From assembly GCF_009914755.1 (NCBI RefSeq), contig NC_060947.1: DNA of 64,000 nt; one strand, 5' to 3'. Numbering within the stretch: position 1 is the first letter of the stretch; every line of letters begins with the position of its first letter. A model generated the notes under the pieces. The model was given only the letters and a program-made list of their open reading frames with translations, was not told where the DNA came from and made no database searches. Position numbers and translations under genes: made by a program. The DNA is from the human T2T-CHM13v2.0 reference genome, Homo sapiens. This document shows positions 58,884 to 64,000 of this stretch, piece after piece.

Positions 58884-61800
58884 TTAGTAGAAAGAAAGAA
58901 ATAATAAATCACAGAGCAGAAATAAATGGAATTGATACTAAAAAAAGTTTTAAAAGATCAATAAAACAAAAAGTTGTTTTTCTTAAAATATAAAATTAAC
59001 AAACCATTAGCTAGACCAAGTAAAAGTCATAGAAGTCCCAAACAAAATCAGAAGCACGGAGATGTCACAGTGGATCCCACAGAAATACAAAGGATCATTA
59101 GAAACTATTATAATCAACTATACATCACTAGATTTGAAAACCTAAATGAAATGGACACATTTCTGGACACATACAACCTAACAAAATGGAACAAAGAAGA
59201 TGTAGGACATATGAACAGACCTATAACAAGTAACAAGATTGAATCATTAGTAAAAAATCTCCCAACAAAGAAAAGTTCAGGACTGGATGTCTTCACTGCT
59301 GAATTCTACCAAGTCTTTAAGGAAAAATTAATACCAATTCTTCTCAAATTATTCCAAAAAACTAAAGTGGAGAAAATTCTTCCTAAGTCATTTTGCAAAG
59401 CCAGCATAATCCCGATACCAAAACCAGGCAAGGACAAAACGTAAAAAATAACTACAGGCCAGTATTCCTGATCATAGATGCAAAAATCCTCAACAACATG
59501 CTAGCATACTGAATCCAACAACACATCAGAAAGATAATACAGCACGATAAAGTGGGATTTATCCCAGAAATGCAAGGATGTTTCAGCATATGCAAAGCAA
59601 AAAACATGATACATTGCATCAACAGAATAAAGAATAAAAACCATATGATCATCTCAAAAGAAGAAGAAAAAGCATTTGATAAAGTTCAGCATCCCTTCAT
59701 GATAAAAACTCACAATAAATTAGGTATCGAAGGAAAAGCACTTCAACACAATAAAGGCCATATATGACAAACCCAAGCTAACATCCTACTGAATGGAGAA
59801 TAGCTAAAAGCTTTTCCTCTAAGAACTGGAACAAGACAAGGATGCCCACTTGCTCCACTCCTATTCGACATAGTACTAGAAGTCCTGGTCGAGAAATTAG
59901 GCAAGAGAAATAAATAAAGGGCATCTAAGGCATCCAAATTGGAAAGAAAGAAGTCAAATTGTCCCTGTTTGTGGATGACATGATCTTATACATAGAAAAA
60001 CCAAAAGACTCTAACAAAAATCTCTTAGAACTGATAAATGAATTCAGAAAAGCTGCAGAATACAAAATCAACATACAAAAATCAGTAGCATTTATATACA
60101 CAAACAACAAACTAGCTGAAAAAGAAATCAAGAAGGCAAGCCAATTTACCATAGCTACAAAAATGTTTATTGCAGCACTGTCCACAATAGCCAAGACATA
60201 GAATCAACCTAGGTGTTGAACAATAGATAAATGGATAGAGAAAATGTGGTATATATACACAATTGAATACTATTCAGCCATAAAAAGAATGAAATCCTGT
60301 CATTCACAGCACCACGGATGGAACTGAAGGACATTATGTTGAGTGAAATAAACCAGGAACAGAAAGTTAATCACCATGTGCTCTTACTCATAAGTGGAAG
60401 CTAAAAAAAAGGTTGGTCTCACAGAAGTAAGAAGTAAAACAGAGGATACTAGAGTCTGGGAAGGGTGGAGGAGAGAGATTTGTTAAAAGACAAAACTACA
60501 GCTAGATAGGGGGAATAAGTTTTAGTGTACTACTGCACTGTGGAATTACTATAGTTAATGATATATAGTTTCAAATACCTAAAAGGAGGACATTGGATAT
60601 TACCAAGACAAATAATAAATGTTTTGGCTCAACTGGCCAAGAAGATGGATATCTAAATAGTATTGCCCCCGCTTATGGCATTTGCAGCTTCTCTTTTGTC
60701 ATTTCTTCTCCTAGACCTCACTCCTGGCTCATATATCCCATCTTCAGCAACTTCTGAACAGACTACTGGCAACTGTATGTAGCTTGTTTCCTGATGTTTT
60801 GCCTTTCTTTAGAAAGATAGTGATTACTCCTGGGACTAAGTAAAAGAGGGATATAAGGGTCCTAGAGCTGCCTCACCTGTTCAGGGCATCCAGACTCTTA
60901 AAGCATAAGAGACGCCTCTTAAACCTCAGCTAAGCACAACCCCCGCAGGGTAGAGAAATAACCAGAAAAGAAGTGTGTGTGCACATGCTAGAAAGAGGAT
61001 GAGGGGGGTGGGGGCAACATCGAAACAATCATCTCATTCATCAAAGAGAGAGCAGAGACCTGACGCAGTGATACAGAAAAGACTCTATGGCTGTTATGAC
61101 TTACCTGAGTGGCTGGATCTTATACACTCTTTGGACTCCAGTAGAGTTATGTAAAATTTCCCTTTTACTGTTGTAAATTCAAAAACCTTTTATGACCTTT
61201 TACTATTTGCCAAGCAGGCACTGAGAGAGACATGAGACCACAGAGGTGAAGAAAACACAATCCCCCATAACCCCACTTTATGCCTATACTCTACCTTATA
61301 CATATCTCTATTATTTGACCCACCACTTCCTCCCAAATGAAAAGAGGAGAATCCTTGTATCTCCAGTGCCTATTACAATGTCTGGAGCATTGTAGAAACT
61401 CAATACAGGAGGCAAACAAGAACAATTATGAATAAAGTGAATTCTATTTTTTCACTGACTCCAGAGACTGATGTATTTTCCTAATGGATCTTCAATGATC
61501 GCTAATTGCAAACACTTTAGTTTTTAGTCCTCTCAATCAATGCTCTATGATATGTTAACAAAGCATAAAAGAACTAGGGAAGCACCTTCAGATTTAAGGA
61601 ACCCCTTTGTACTCTAAATATAACCACCCCAATAATGTAGTTGATATTTTAGGTGAGTTTGATATGCCTGGGCTTCTTAAGCAGGACCACCTACCTGCAG
61701 CAGCAATTTCTTTCAGCTCCTCTCCCAGAAAGCAAGCTCCCTGATTTAAATATAACCCCAGGGGAAAAAATGTTCCTTCCCAGCAATTGTTGAGTGAACC

Positions 61801-62619
61801 CACAGCTGCTGCCTATTGTTAGGCACCAGCTCAAGCAATCAGGCTTTCTTTGTATTAGCTGAAAAACAAGGAAATCGCACATCCACGCCTAACTGCCTCA
61901 CACCTGTGCTTGCAAAAGTGGCAGAAGCACTGAGCATCTTGTGACTAATCTGGAAAATTGTCTACTTCAAGCAAAGTGACTTTCAGTGTTTCAGGTAAGC
62001 TTCTAACCTCTTTTCCAGCTACATGTGTGATTTGGAATGCACATATTTGTTCCTTCTTCCTGGTAATCTTTCAACTCTAAGCTCTGCCAGGTACAGGACT
62101 TTCAGATCATGGCTTTATGCTGAGATCCAAGGAACAGATTACAATGGTCAGTCTGAAAATTAGCACATAGGACCTCTCTAAGTGCAGAAAGACCGCTAGA
62201 GAGAAACTGAAACTCAACTCATTGCCAGACTCTGATTTTCAAGTAATAATAGCAACAATTTATTATTTGCTTACTATATGCCAGGCACTGTTTTAAAGCC
62301 ATTATCCTGTTTTTCACAGGTAAGGGAACTGTGGCACATATATGCTAAGTAACCTGTGCAAGATTGCGCAGCTAACAGATGTGAACTCAATTAACTCTAT
62401 GTGGTTTTTCAAATTAATTTATTCATTAACTCACTCCCCTTAACACAATTCAAAATACTTATGTTAAACAAATTATTATAATTTGTTGATTTCAAATCAA
62501 GAGCCTTTTAATCACTATCATTTTTTTTTAATCTTCATCATAGCACTTACAGTTGGCTCTGCTCCCTAGGCATGGCCAATGGCCAAGAATCATTCCAAGT
62601 CTCTGCTCCTGCTCTTCTC

Positions 62620-62925
62620 TCAACCCCATCTCTACCTATCAAAATCCTAGACACCTTCAAGGTCCATATCAAACATTCTCTTCTTTCTGAAACTTTCCTA
62701 GTCATCTAGCTAGATACAATCTCTTATCCCTCATATTTCTCTGTTGGGAAACTGTTATGGTCTAGCTTTTAGTAGATATTAGGGTAATTATTTTATCCTC
62801 ACCTTCTACTCAACCATAAGTTCCCTAGGGGCAGAAATTAAGACACACTCCTCTTTGGATCATCTGCAGGGCCTAACATAGTGTCTTGCAAATAGTGGAT
62901 GCAGAATATATGTTTACTGAATTTT
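62620..62925 (+). mobile_element. L2 fragment
   Basis: TAAGTTCC.TAGGGGCAG..GGGCCTAACATAGTGTCTTGCA.ATAG 3'-end motifs. Confidence 0.6.
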
Positions 62926-64000
62926 CAGTTGAGAACTCTGTGTACACGTTGCCAAGAAACAAAGAACAGCGAGAGATGGTGAAAAAAAATGTAAAGAGGA
63001 AGAGAGGTTAGAATTGTAAAGAGCTTAAGAAATCAGCCAGAAGGAAATATGTACAAGTACCCTTGCATGGCAAGGGAAGCTAGGAAGAGTGTGGAAGCTA
63101 GGAACCATGTGAAAATCTATTTGATCAGAAAAACTGTTAGTGTTTTACAAAATGAAGCTACTCCTCTCCTATCTTGGAAGACAGAGTCAATAATGTTCAG
63201 TCTTCCAAAATTATATACTTCTCCCAAATTTCTGCTAAAATAATTTGACACTAATCCAGCTGACCATTTACTATACAGCATTAGATATTTAAGCTTTCTG
63301 TATAGATCTGACTCTTCTCTTGCTATTAGTTGAATCTTCTTGACCTTATGTTCTGCCATTTACCACCAATCTAAATTATTTTATTATGTTAACTATCATG
63401 CTGGATTCCCATTGTTCTCTTGACCCTGTGATAGGAATATTACCAGCTATATGCTGTCCTCTTTATGAACTTGTGGTTTTCCTCCTGGCATGTTCTCATG
63501 CCACATGGTTCCTACCCCATTTCCTATAGCTGGGTTCAGCCCAAATTCTCAATCAGTATGGCTTCCATATGCCAGCTCATGAATTAGTGTCAGTCTGTGA
63601 TGGAGTTTACTCCTGCTGGGGATGAAATTTAATTATATTTTTGTAATTTTTCTGTTTGTCTATTTCTCTTAATTTATATTTATCTTTTTTTACAGAGACT
63701 AAATTAGTCTTATAATTCAATATATTCAACTGAAAGGGTTGTTTTTATATTAATACTCTGGCCTTTCTGCTTGTATTTAAATTCACTTTTATGGTATAAC
63801 AGTGATAATTAGTTGTTGGTAGTTGTGTGTGTGTGTATGTGTGTTCTTATGTGTCAAAATAAAATGCTGGCAATCTAATATTAGTTTTCCAGGTATTTAT
63901 CTACATTTATCTATTTAAACACACACAAACACTTTCTTCTCTTTTTTTAACTGACCTGGGAACCTCTGCTCAGAAGGATGCTGATAACCTTAATGAGTGC

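Noticed and set aside
61098-61190. - strand donor CAG|GTAAGT near 61105
   Set aside because: No convincing pyrimidine tract or acceptor upstream, so it is too weak on its own.

Overview
Primate (human or great-ape) genomic DNA, judged from AluY/AluS and L1PA2/3-type elements. The window is repeat-rich and I can find no intact protein-coding gene; almost all ORFs in the track are by-products of Alu, L1 or low-complexity sequence. Main contents: (1) a processed TJAP1 pseudogene on the - strand (~11.0-13.9 kb), with an AluY in its 3' UTR and an atypical 3' junction; (2) a near full-length L1PA (14.8-21.4 kb) with two different 3' ends separated by a 79-bp transduced tag, all inside one target-site duplication (TSD); (3) a twin-primed inverted L1PA inside an ERV1 LTR; (4) an internally deleted L1MA with a ~78-bp tandem array; (5) many Alu, MaLR/ERV LTR, MER, MIR and L2 relics. 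The best unexplained signals are a recursive-splice-like site (branch point, pyrimidine tract, CAG|GTAAGT) and small exon candidates on the - strand, a ~155-bp inverted templated insertion flanked by a direct repeat, and a MER63A split by a 4.4-kb insert that may be an ancient L1 3' transduction carrying a decayed exon. Repeat subfamily names come from my recollection of consensus sequences and need RepeatMasker/Dfam confirmation.
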